A stretch of DNA of 64,000 nucleotides from Lama guanicoe. Lineage: Eukaryota. The notes under the pieces were generated by a model. That model was given only the letters and a program-made list of their open reading frames with translations. It had not been told where the DNA came from and searched no databases. The stretch is taken from assembly GCA_013239625.1 (NCBI GenBank), contig MU053881.1, positions 1,116,001-1,180,000 of the forward strand, written 5' to 3'. The position numbers were made by a program, and so were the translations under genes. Below, in pieces: positions 42,697-55,089 of this stretch; within the stretch, counting starts at the first letter, position 1, and each line of letters begins with the position of its first letter.

Positions 42697-43224
42697 GTCA
42701 AAATGTCTATGTTTTTGCACATCATACCTGTGTGTTTGTTACCTTGTCTACGTCTGTTCCCCCTCGCCACCCTGAACTTGGGCAGACGGAAGGATGTGCT
42801 GCCCTCGCAAAGCCAGGAGGTGTGGGGGGACACTGGTAAGCTGTGAGTCAAGGCTGCTCAGGGCAGGATCCCGAGAAGGGCAAGAGGCACCCAGAGGCCT
42901 GATCCTCTCCCATTCCCCATGGGGTCAGTCCTCCAGCCAACATGGCGTAGCCAGTAGCTCCTAAGTCACCCTGCAGGTCAAGGAGGAGGTGAGGACTCTG
43001 CAGACACCTCCTCCTCCCTCATTACCACCCCACTTCTCTCCTCTAATTAGGGTTTCCAGGAAGAACTGCTAGATGCTGAGTTAAATTTGAAATTCAGTGA
43101 AATGCTCTTGGATCTTAGAATATTTATGTTGTAAGTACAGTTAATATGTACACTGATATACATGTATATGCATATATATATATATATATGAATACAGTGG
43201 ATCACTTGGTTTGCTACAGACATT

Positions 43225-44225
43225 GTTAAAAAAAATAAAAAGCAAAGCTGCATAACTAGGATAAGATATTTGCAAATCGCTTATTTGACAAGAGACTTGA
43301 TTACATACTATATAAAAACTCTCCAGTCTCAGCATTAAACAAACAAACAAACAAAAAACCCAAACTGGGCAAAGATTTGATAGACACTTCACTAAAGAGA
43401 AATGGATGGCAAATAAGCACATGAAAAATAATCGAAATCATTAGGCTTTAGAGAAATGTTTTTTAAAACCACAATGAGACAATATTACCAACCTATTAGT
43501 GAGGTGGGAAGCCCCATGAAAATGACGGCAGGACTCTCAGGCAGGGCCACTACTCTCCTGCCAGCACCATCTGGTTCCCTGGCCCAGCAGCATTATCTCG
43601 CTTTTTGCCTCTGAAACAGCTTCTAGGAGAGTGGAACTTAGCCGTAAAATTCTATTGGTTCCCTGAGCTAGCTCCTGATTGGTCCATTTGTAGCACCTCA
43701 TTTGCATGGAGCTCACTCCTGGTTTGTCCATTTCTATCACTATTGATTGGTCCATTTCTACAAAGCTTGTTCCTAAATAGACAACTTTGTTGCATCTTAT
43801 TTGCATATGATGTTTCAAAGTGTAGACTGGCAGCCTATAAAAGCCTGTGTAACCCTACAGACAGGGTCCAGAGTTTGGAGCGTTAGCTCCTCTGGGCCCG
43901 CTGGCGTAATAAACATGAGTTCTCCAACCCTGTGAATGCTGCTTGGTCTTTCACCCGGATCCAGGTTGCTGTCACCACTGAGCTGTAACACACTTTGCTG
44001 CAACATTAGCAGGATTAAAATGAAAAACAAACAAGCAAAACAAATACACCCTGACAATACCAAGTGCTGGTAAGGAAGTGGAGCAATGGGAACCCTCCTG
44101 CACTGATCCTGGTAATGCAAAAATGGAATGACTAGTCGACAGTTTGGTAGCCTCCTATTACGTTAAATACTCACCTTCAACATGACTGAGCAATCCTATT
44201 CCCGGGAACTTACCCAATAAAAACT
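43225..44225 (+). mobile_element. L1M ORF2-end fragment, interrupted by the LTR at 43500-44005
   Basis: gggcaaagatttgatagacacttcac, aataagcacatgaaaa, accaagtgctggtaagga...gtggagcaa. Confidence 0.8.
43500..44005 (+). mobile_element. Young ERV1-class solo LTR, 506 bp
   Basis: TG...CA ends, perfect 4-bp TSD ttag (43496-43499 and 44006-44009), TATAAAA 43836-43842, AATAAA 43908-43913. Confidence 0.9.
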
Positions 44226-44487
44226 AACTCACTCTCCCTCTCTTTCTGTCTCTCTCTCTCACACACACACACACACAAACACAAACACACACACAAATAG
44301 AAAAGGCTCTCTTTTCTGAAAGTTCCCACTTACAAGATCATGTGGCTTCTATTAATAGTTTCTGCAAAGCACTTCAGCTTTTTACTAGCACACACCCACT
44401 CTGCTCAACACCCACTGCCCAGTTCCAAAACAACATCCACATTTTATGCTTTCATTATGGCAGCGCCCAAATTCCAAGTACAAAAAT

Positions 44488-45045
44488 CTGCATTAAGTTA
44501 TCCATTGCTGCATAACAAATCACCCCAAAACTTAGCAGGGCAGAACAACAGGCATTTACTAACCCACAGTTTCTAAGGGTTAGGAATCCAGGAGTGGTTC
44601 ACCTGGGTGTTTGTGGCTCAGTGTCTCACATGAGGCTGCGGGAAAGCTGATGGCTGTGGCTCGTCTCATTTGAAGGCTGAACTGAGGGAGGACCCACTTC
44701 CGCCCTCATTCATGTGACTGTTGGAAAGCCACAGTTCCTTGCTAGCTGCTGGCCAGGGGCTTTGGTTCCTAACCACATGGAACTCGCCACAGGCTGTCTG
44801 AGAGGCCTCACGACATGGCAGCTGGCTTCCCAAAGGACAAATGATCCAAGAGAGCACATGGCCAATACAAGAGCCACAGTCTTTACATAACCAAACATTT
44901 TAAATAATGTACCATTCCTTCTACCACATTCCGGTCATTAGAAGTGAGTCACTGAATCCAATACATACTTAAGGGCAGGGTGAGTCCCGTATCTTGGAGG
45001 GCAGCTTATCAAAGCATTTTGGAATATAATTTTAAAACTATCATC
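44488..45045. mobile_element. MLT1 (MaLR) LTR
   Basis: attgctgcataacaaatcaccccaaaacttag...acatggcagctggcttcc...ttagaagtgagtcact. Confidence 0.75.
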
Positions 45046-45218
45046 CTATTTCTGGACTCTCTTTCTGTCTCATTGATCTACAGGTCTATCCCTTCACCAA
45101 TATCAGTGTCTTTATTACTATAGCTTTGTCATAAGACTTAAATGAGTATTTTGAGTCCTCAGCTTTATTCTGCTTTTTCAAAATTGTTTTGGCTACTAAT
45201 TCCTTTGCTTTTCCACCT

Positions 45219-45340
45219 GCTGTTTTAGAAGCAAAAAGTGAGATAGAGCCGCTGGGCCAGGGAACCGGATGGCGCTGGCAGGAGAGTAGTGGCCCTGCCG
45301 GGGGGTCCTGCTGGTCTTTTTCATGGGGCTTCCCACCTCA
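45219..45340 (-). mobile_element. Truncated 5' fragment of the same LTR family as 43500-44005
   Basis: Reverse complement begins tgaggtgggaagccccatgaaaa and aligns to 43500-43620. Confidence 0.9.
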
Positions 45341-45589
45341 CTATCATTACTTTTCAGGGTCCTCAGGCAGCTGCTCCATGCACTGTCTAGGATTTTTGCT
45401 CATATTTAGTGGGAGATATAAGGCAGTGTGTGCTTACTCCATCAAGTTGAACCAAAACCAACCAAAGTTGCTTCCAGTGATTATATCCATACAGAATAAA
45501 CTCACAAACAGGGAATTTATGAGTATAAAGGAAGCATATTGACTGGAAGCTTCTTATTCATCACGTCTCCAATCACACTTAGCCTAAAT

Positions 45590-46810
45590 TTTTTATTAAA
45601 ATTTTTAACATAAAGTTTAGAGGATGATCAACGAACATATCTATATCGTCCACAAAGATTTGACAACAGTTGACTAATTTTTGACATATCTGAAAATATG
45701 CTGCAAACATCATGACTTTTTAAACTTGAAAACTTTTGCATGCATCTCCTAAGAAAAAGGGCATTGTCCTTTATACCTCAGTACCATTATCACATCTAGG
45801 AAAATTAAACATACTACATTATCTAATACCCATTCCACCCTCACATTTCTCCATGTTCCTCCCAAGTGTCTTGTAGAGTTGTTTTACTGTTTCTGAATCA
45901 GAAGCCAATTAAGGATCACATCCTGCTTTTGGTTCCATCTCTTGAGTGGCTTCATCTAGAAGACTCCACTTTGTTACATTGGCTTCTTGAAAAGTCCAGA
46001 CTGGTTGTCTCGTACAATGACTCAAACTCTGGGTTTGTCTATTTCCTCACCATGTAATTCAACTTGTTTCTCTGTACCTTGTATTGCTTGTAAACAGGAC
46101 AATAAGTCTAGATAAGAGACTTTGATTTTCATTAAATATTTTTGGCAAGAATCCACCACAGACGCTCGTGTGTTCTTCATACGGCATCTCGTCAGGAGTC
46201 ACGTGGTGTCAGGTTGCCCCACTGGTAGAGAAACTCAGTTTGACAGCCAGATCCCTCCATTATAAAGGCATGTCTTTCCTCTGCACTTGGCATGTGATCT
46301 TTTGACACCAGGTCAATAATGTTCCTTAAAATTTTTTTTTCGTTTATTAGGGTTTTATCATCCATTGAATGTGCCTGATTTGATCACATTAAGGGTTGTA
46401 AAATGGTAATTCTTCTAAATTTATCACTGCATGCACAATTAAAAGATGGCTTCTTCAAGTACGTTTATAAAAAGCTGTCTTTTTTTGTGTTTTTCCATCA
46501 TGGGCTTATTTTACTTTTACTTATATGTTGTAACTAATTATGGTGATTATTCTTTTTGATGTTTCAACTGTCCTAAATTTGATCACTGGAAGTACCTTCA
46601 ATTTGGCCTCCGTGTCCTTCTGACACTGTCCCATTCATCTCTGTTCTTGTGCTATTGCATAAAAAAATGTTCCAGGCATACTTTACACTCTCCCTGCTCC
46701 AAATATGGAATCAGCCATTTCTCCAAGGAGTTCTAGATCCTTTTAGTGGGGAAATGGCATTTAGAAACCAAAATCTGGGTACTAAGCATGCTCACTGCTA
46801 TTGGGCAATC
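45590..46810 (-). mobile_element. Old L1MC/ME 3' fragment
   Basis: tggaatcagccatttctccaaggag...ttttagtggggaaatggcatttagaaaccaa. Confidence 0.65.
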
Positions 46811-48387
46811 AAAACATGTTTTTATTTATAATGCCTTGCAAATGGCTCTGTACAATGTTAAATTTTGAGGTTTGTTTAAAAGCTTCATTTTCCTTCTAAA
46901 TACACTTAAATATATGAGATACTTTCTAATGAGCTAAGTCAAAAGACATACTATGCTGAATTCTTGAGTTTAATTCTAAAACCTTTTTCAGATAGAAGGT
47001 TCTAGCTAATTTTAATAGAATAATCTTTTGAATGATACCAGCTGTGAAGGGGAAATATAAAACTGGAGGAAGCAGGCCCAAGGGGAAAATGAAATCTTTC
47101 TAAAAAAACATGGAAAATGTTTGGATAAACAATTTCAACTGATGATTGGAATGTTTAATAATAAAATATGCATATATCACTTTACAAAAAGAATTCCTAA
47201 AAGACGTGTCACAAAAACAAACAAAAAGGCAATCTTCTGTGTGAAATCTCCAGGGGCAGTTTCACCATCGGGACCTCAGCTGGGGTCTTAGGGTTTATGT
47301 TAATAATTTATGTTAGTATAAAAGCAGTTATAATTAGGGACACATAAGAAAATGGAAAAACATGACTAAGTCAATTATCAAGATTAAAGTCAGGGGGAAC
47401 CTGTCAAACATGAAAATTAAGCTGATTAAGTTAGGGTAATTGTGCCCCTAACCCGTTTGCAAAACACATAGCTTTGGGACTTGCACTCTTGGGACTTGGG
47501 GTTGAAAGTGAACCTATAATCAACACAGAAACCCAGAACGGAAGACCTAGATCCTAGTCTTGACTCTGCTCAGTGAGCTCACTTTCCTTATGAGTGAAAT
47601 GAAAGGCTCTACATAAACTTAAGATCTCTCCTGGCTCTAATGAGCTGCCAGGTGTCCAGTCAGATTCTGGAAATACATCAGTCCTGCAACAGACAGGAGA
47701 GTGTCTGTCTGACAGTCTCTCTACCTGCTTCAGTTTACTCCAACGTCTACCACACTGTAAGTCTCTGTTCAGCAACGTAGAATCATAGCAAATAAGTAAT
47801 AATGTAAGAAAGAGACACCGCCGGAAAAAAATATACATGTATTTATAAATATGACTTGTTGGTGTGGCAGCTCACGGAAAGTGAGCTTGATTATTTCCAT
47901 GTGAAAACCTAAATTTAAAGAATTCCTTTTCACCTTTAGCTTCTCTTTATGAAAGGCGGCATGTCCTACGTCTGCCTGCCATTTTAGAAAATAAGGCCCC
48001 ACATTTATTCACATTATTAATAACTCAAAACCTATTCCCAAAAGAAAATTCATGTTGGAGCTTACTCTTAGAGGGGAATAAAGTCTGATGAAAGAAACAA
48101 AACGTTTAGTCTATTATTTTCATTTTTTTTTAAACATGAAAGTTTAAAAATTTGTTTTTTAAAGTTAGGCCTTTTACATTTTTCTACGAATTTAAACATT
48201 TTACGTATTTTTCGAAACCTTAGAATTTATTGGTTCTTATAAAATGTGCCAAGTCAGTGCTCTTTATATTTTATCAATACTTAATGGTGACTGGCACATT
48301 CTCTCTAGGAGAAATAAAAAAAGACTTAATCTATCAGAAGTTGGTGCCCTGTTTATCATTCTCCTGATCATTCTCCAGTGAGAATTC

Positions 48388-49787
48388 TTAAATTATCTGA
48401 GGTGAATTAAACGTCACAGGGCTTATATCTTCTAAGAAATCTCCAACCCCATATTCCTTCCATTTATAGAGCTTCTCTTTACTGTGGACTTTTTTGTGTC
48501 TACAAAGGTTTGACCTGTAACTGTAGGCTTTCCCACATTCCATGCATTTGTAGAGTTTCTCTCCAGTGTGGATTCTCTCGTGTTCAGTTAGGAATGAATA
48601 CTGGCTGAACGCCTTTCCACACTGATTACACCGGTAGGGTTTCTCTCCTGTGTGAATTCTCTGATGTCTGTAAAGGTTGGATTTGCAACCAAAGGCTTTC
48701 CCACACTCTCTGCATGTGTACAGTTTTTCCCCAGTATGCATTTTCCGATGCTCATTAAACGATGAATACTGGTTGAAGGTTTTCCCACATTCCTTACACT
48801 GATGGGGCTTCTGTCCGGTGTGAATTCTCTGATGTTCAATGAGGGTTGAGATGCGTGTGAAGGTTCTCCCACATGCCACGCACGTACACAGTTGTTCTCC
48901 AGTGTGAAGCCTCTGATGTTCAGCCAGGGATGTAAACTGGCTGTAACTTTTCCCACATTCACTACATGTATAGGGTTTCTCGCCTGTATGGATTCTTTGA
49001 TGCCTACGAAGTTTTGCTCTACAGCTGAAGGCCTTCTCACACTCACCGCATTTATAGAGCTTCTCCCCAGTGTGGATTCTCTGATGCATCGTGAGGGTAG
49101 AACACTGGCTGAAGGCTTTCCCACACTCCTTGCACTGATAGGGTTTCTCTCCAGTGTGAACCCTCAGGTGCTTGATGAGGGTTGAACTGCTGCTAAATGC
49201 TTTCTCACATTCGTTACATTTGTAAGGTTTCTCTCCAGTATGAATTCTCTGATGGGCAAGAAGAGATGATCTGTGGCTGAAGGTTTTCCCACACTCATTA
49301 CATCTGTAGGGTTTCTCATCAGTATGAATTCTCTGGTGTTCAATAAAATGAAGAGCCTGGTTGAAGCTTTTCCCACATTCACTGTAAATATGAGGCTTTT
49401 CTCCTGGGTACATCTGGAAATATCTCATTAGATCAAAATTCTGTTTAAAATCTCTCCCCAGAGTATAATATAAATTGGGTATCCTTTCTATAGGAACACT
49501 CTGTGGTGTAACAAGAACTGTATTTATAAACAAGCCTTTCCCCAGCTCAAAACTTGTCTGGTTCCCATCTCTGCTGATGGTTCTCCTGTGTGAAGCCACC
49601 GTCTGCCCAGGAGCTTTCTTCTCTTGCTCCTGTTGTATCCTGCCCTCAAATTCCAAAGCTCCTCCCAATCTGACATCCAAGTGACCAAACTTCATGGATT
49701 TTCTCTGCGTTATTCCCTGAGATGTCTCTTCTATAGAACTGTCCTGTTTCGGAGGCAGTGCTTCTATTTCAGGCCATGTCTTAAAAT
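48388..49787 (-). CDS. ZNF354C: ZNF354C zinc-finger exon: spacer, 1 degenerate and 10 intact C2H2 fingers, stop
   Basis: ttctag|AT acceptor in frame with ORF 48388-49695; fingerprints such as HRSSLL, QCSTLT, CRAKL, QFTSLAE, CKSNLYR, YRSNLCR match ZNF354C/KID3 as recalled; adjacent to ADAMTS2 as in human 5q35. Confidence 0.93.
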
Positions 49788-52700
49788 CTAGAATGAATCA
49801 GAAGAATTAACGGCGCCTCTGTTGGAAGAGACACACGTGCATCAGTGGGACAGTAAAGCTGGCAACGCACAGAAAAGAGGTTTGATACCACGCGATCTCG
49901 CATACAGACTTGAACCTGGAGAGAAACAGGATGGAATGGAAGGAGAGGCACACAGGTTAAGGAGAGGTGCGAGAGGATAGAGTGGACTCATCAGAGTGAA
50001 AATGAAGACGCTGCCACTGGAGAGGAGTAAAGGCAGACAGAAGAGCTGGCTGAGCAGAAGGAGTGAGGATGCAGGAAAGTGTGGCTGATGAGCTCGGCCT
50101 GAATCCTACGGGACCCTGCAGTTTACCTTCATCTCCTGCTCTGAGAACACGAGGCAATGAAGCAGGTAACGTCTCTTTACTTCCTCCTCTCTACCCACAC
50201 GTTGCTTTTATTATATTTTTTTCCCCATGCTATCACTGAAACTCTATACGCAGTAACTTAAAAATATTTGCAATGTTTCCTTTAAATTTTGTTTTTGTAT
50301 GTGGATATGATTTCATAGCAGTCTGCAAAAGGGGAAACAGTCTCTTAAAAAGGAGGACATCAGGGTTTAGAACTTACAGCAGCCCTGAAGCCTGACGGGC
50401 TGATGCCACCTGATCTACGCTCACGACGCTGATTGTAAAAAAGGGGGGAGTACGGAGAACGTCCGCCACACGCAGCCATCCACCCCCCGTGGCTGACGGC
50501 GGGACGACTTCTTTCACACCACCCACCACCGCGTTCCCCTCTCTACTTGGTCATGAGGAACAGCAGGCACGTTCATGTCTTCTAATAAGCTGCAACCAGA
50601 AGACTGGATTCTCTTTGTAGGAATTTTTTGAGATTAATGAAAGTCTACAAGAGAGGTGAAGTTCTGACGCATGCCCAAGCCCCGGGCTCCAATCTGATGC
50701 TGAGTGAGAAGGTCTAGCTTGCGCTGACTCTAATGAGCTCTGGGTTACAGCCTGGCTCACTTTCATCGATCCACGATTGAAAACAGATTAAAATTAGATC
50801 ACTATAACTAGGTCATTGTATGTACTTAAATAAGCTAAACACCTTAAATAAAACATAGGTTAGTTATATTAATAAAGTCCATCCAGTTTTAGTAATAAAG
50901 TATATTTTATTGAAATTAAATTTAAAAAAGAAATATAGGCTATAATTCTGTATAAAAATCCAGATTTTTTTCTTTATGGGGCCCTGCGTTCATCCCCTGG
51001 CAGCGTCACCGACAAAACAAAACAAACAAAAAATAGATTTTCCTTAATGATATCTATGGGAAACCTAGCAGTTTGGATTTTCAAGGTCAACCAAGGTACC
51101 TTCTCTGTTTTAATCCTGTCCCACAATATGACCTTCCTGCCCAACCAGAAACGTACCCTATTACTCTAATCATATTTCTTTACAGAAACTCAATTGTTTA
51201 AGCCTAAACTGACCATCTTGCTCTTAGAATATCAAAACATTCTATCACTTAACTTACATATATAAAGCTTCTGAAAATAATTCCAGTATTTGCTCAAGGA
51301 CAACGGTGGATATGTCTTATGATGATTTGTTACTTCCTTACTGTGTATTAGACAAGTACACAGTAAGAATGTCTTAGACAAAAAAAGAAAAAAAAAGAAT
51401 TAAACAGAGAGAGCAAGCTGGAAAAATTACTATAAAGGGCAGGTGAGTTTGGAAAGGAAAAGAGATTCTGTCCTGTCTTACTGGAATCCTGAGACTGAAT
51501 CAGTCACTTACTGAACAAATACTGACTAAGAGGCAATGATAATAAGAAATAAATAAATGACCAGACAGTAACCGTTCATTCCTCCACGGTGTGGGGCTCT
51601 GGTTTGAGGCTCAGAGAATGAGGATACTGCGGCCAACAGCGTTAGTAAAGAACGGCCGTGTGAAGGGAGACGGACGGCAGAGAAGGGACGGGCTTCAACA
51701 GAAAAAGAAAGGAGGCCGTGCGAGCCAGAAAGAAGGCTGGTCAGAGTCATCCGTGGGGACAGTAACCCGTGCAGGGGAGGCGTATTGGCTAAAGAAGGAA
51801 ATCCAGGTTGGAACTAGTCAAAATTTTGGTTAAGCACAGTAAGGCCAAGTTTCTGAATAACTGAATGAAGAATTCAGAATAACATAATAACTGAAGGCGT
51901 TACCAGTTCTTAGGCAGGTAATAATAAGACAGAGTGGTCATACTCGGCAGAGGGGGCAGCGTGGCTCAGAGGAGGGACAGGATGGAATCTGAAAATGATA
52001 CGGCTGCAGTGGTCTGGCTGGACTGGGCACCTCATTTTGAACCTCACTGGCACTGAGTTAATCGTAGAGGCAATTCAATTCAATTTAAAAAAATATTGAC
52101 CAGATCCAATATATTGGATGCTGGAGGCACAGAATTCAAAGACTTGGTCTCTCCCTTAAACATGCAATCTAATTAGAAAGAAGTGAGTAACTACTAATAA
52201 ATGGAAACAAAACAACTATAATCCATTATGATAAATACTATAATGGACATGTTCCAGGCATGCAGAAGGTGCTACATGGACACAAACGACGGGCAGATGA
52301 ACGCGGACTGGGAAGCAGGAGAGACAAGGAGAACCCGCAGACGAGGGCGGCCTGCAAGGCGGGCAGAAGGGCGCTGGAGGGGAGGTGGCTTCCCAGTGGA
52401 CAGGACGGAAGAGGAGAGCCAAGCTAAGGACAAACACACAGATGCTCATGAGTACACAGCGTGGCCAGAGCATGGCGCCAGAGTGGAAGTGGCCACTGAC
52501 GAAACCACATAGGAATCTGCAGACAAGCTATGACGTAGGCTTAATGCCACATTAAGGAATCTTACTTCACTCCATGGATAACAGAGAAACAATGAAGTCA
52601 CTTAAGGTGTAGGATGAACACTTGAGTTTCAAAAAGATCACTCTGCTGACGGCGTGGAAGCTGGGTGGAGAGAACACGGCTCCGGGAGGAGAGGGTTAAC

Positions 52701-53164
52701 TTTCCCGTCGCTCATGAGACTTCTGCAAATCGCAGTGGGGTAAAGTGACAGCTGGAATGTCTAAGCTCAAACCATCGTCTCACATGCTGCACTGCACTGC
52801 CTGCTAACTCTTTATTAGGAGAAACCTGTATTTTAATAAAGTCGAAAAATATCTGTAGGGAGAACAAGTGAAAAAAAGATGTCAACGAAAGCAAGACTCG
52901 TAGATTAAAACTTAAACCACAAAGACAGGAGCACAATATTGGCGGATCTACGTCACATGGTGAACAGAAATGACACTGGTGATCTAGGTTCTTGTCACGA
53001 CACTTCAGCTTTGTAGCTCTGTGACCAAAGTATTTAAAAATCTCTGATGCTCTGTTTATTCAGATATAAAAAGAGGAATTGAAATTTGATCATCTTTAAG
53101 TGATCCCCTAGTCCTGACAACCTACAGTTTGGTGATAAAGACCAACTAGGTCAGACCGGGCTAG

Positions 53165-53385
53165 CGGAGCAGTCAGCAAACTTCAGGTCTCTGGGCCAAA
53201 TCCAGCTGCCCCCCGTTTCTGCAAAGTTCTGTGAGGACACAGCCACACCCGCTCGCCTAAGTACTGTCTCTGGCTGCCTTGGCACCGTCCCCAGCAGAGT
53301 TAAATGCTTGCAAGAGACCGTACGGCTCCCAAAGCCAAAACAGTTACTACCTGGTCCTTTATGGGAAAAGTTTGCCGGCCTCGGA
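53165..53385. mobile_element. MER58A-like element
   Basis: cagcaaact...gggccaaatccagctgcc...gaaaagtttgccgg. Confidence 0.7.
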
Positions 53386-53880
53386 CTAGAAAGGCCCCCG
53401 GGGTTATGTTAACAAAAGCCGGCTGAACGTAACAGCGGAAGATGACAACCCAGTTTCAAGAAAATAAAAGGGAAATGTTAAGAAACCAGAAATAAAAGGA
53501 CGTTGATAATACTCTGAAATGTGTGGATGGTTACAGAAATGAAAAAATTATAAAGATTTCAAAATGTGGCAGAAGGTGTGAAGTCTTTAATCTGTCAGAC
53601 ACGAACAGGTGTAAACACAGATGAGAAGAAACCATGAAGACCAAGGGGCCACAGACGGCAGGAGGAAGTGAGTGAGCGGTGGAAGCAAGGGACAGAGAGC
53701 GCAGGGAGTGCACAGGAGGAAGAGGTCAAGACAGGGATCTTCCTGATGCAAAGAAACCGTTGCAACCAAGGGGCTGTCTACCAGGTGGCCCTGAGCGTCT
53801 CCACGGGGCTTTGAATCCCCAGGAGCTCTCCGAGCCCTCCTCAGGACCCGCTCGTGCCCGTCGCCCAGTCACTCACTCAC

Positions 53881-53976
53881 CGAGATGGGGGTCTTCAGGG
53901 ATTTCTCTTTCCACCATACAGGGGTCTTCTCCTAGCTGCAACCGGCAGATCACCTTCGGCGTTGAAAATGGAATCC
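53881..53976 (-). CDS. ZNF354C: ZNF354C KRAB-B exon (96 nt)
   Basis: aacag|GG, G|gtgagt; GIPFSTPKVICRLQLGEDPCMVEREIPEDPHL. Confidence 0.93.
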
Positions 53977-54300
53977 CTGTTCGCGAGGAAGGAAATGGAG
54001 TTGGAACAGAAGGCAGGAGAGCAACCCCCGGACTCACAAGCCAGACCCTGCAGGGCAGAGGGGCAACACCAGCACTTTGGGGGATGGGGCAGGAGGCGGG
54101 TTTGCTTCAGGAACAATACGGGGCCCTAAGTATGAAAGCCTCTGAGATGGGAGGCCTTCCTGTACGGTTTTCAGACACTAAACTGGGATCTGGTCATTGG
54201 ATCAGGAGGCGGGGCGGGGGGCAGGGCAGGAGGCAGGCAGAGGAAGAACAGCGTCACTACATGAAGGGCATCACGACAAACAGGCACGCTTTCAACTCTA

Positions 54301-54699
<399 letters not shown>

Positions 54700-55089
54700 T
54701 CAATTACTAAACAGATATTTACTGAGTGCCCACTTAGAGCAAAGACCCATGCTGCCTGCTCTGAGGGTAAGAAAAAAGGGGCAAATTTCCTGCCAAGAGG
54801 GAATTTACATACCAACCTGGGGTTTGTCAGAGTAACCGAGTGCATCCATTTATCTCCTCCTTGCCACTCAAAATCCAAATTAAATAAAAGGGGAAAAAAA
54901 TCAGAGTACATTTAGAGCAATGCTGGAAAACAGGGGACGGTATCAGTAGAGAATAGATCACTAAGAACATCAGTGATGACAACTGGGGTACAACTTGCTG
55001 CGTGTTCACTGGGCACCAGACGTTGTGCCAGGTGGCTTACGTACCCACGCTCTCACGCCATCTTTTTGGATTAATGGGAGCTTCTGATG

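Larger units (their letters stand above)
39658..42725 (+). other. ADAMTS2: ADAMTS2 long 3' UTR (end inferred)
   Basis: TE-poor sequence after the stop, several TGGTGCT (miR-29) sites, ATTAAA at 42691-42696 followed by a GT-rich tract. Confidence 0.65.

Noticed and set aside
47040..47540. Possible LTR or retrocopy downstream of the ZNF354C stop
   Set aside because: No termini, TSD or family match that I can support by eye; left unannotated
48588..49185. Overlapping alternative-frame and antisense ORFs within the zinc-finger exon
   Set aside because: Typical by-product of the periodic C2H2 repeat
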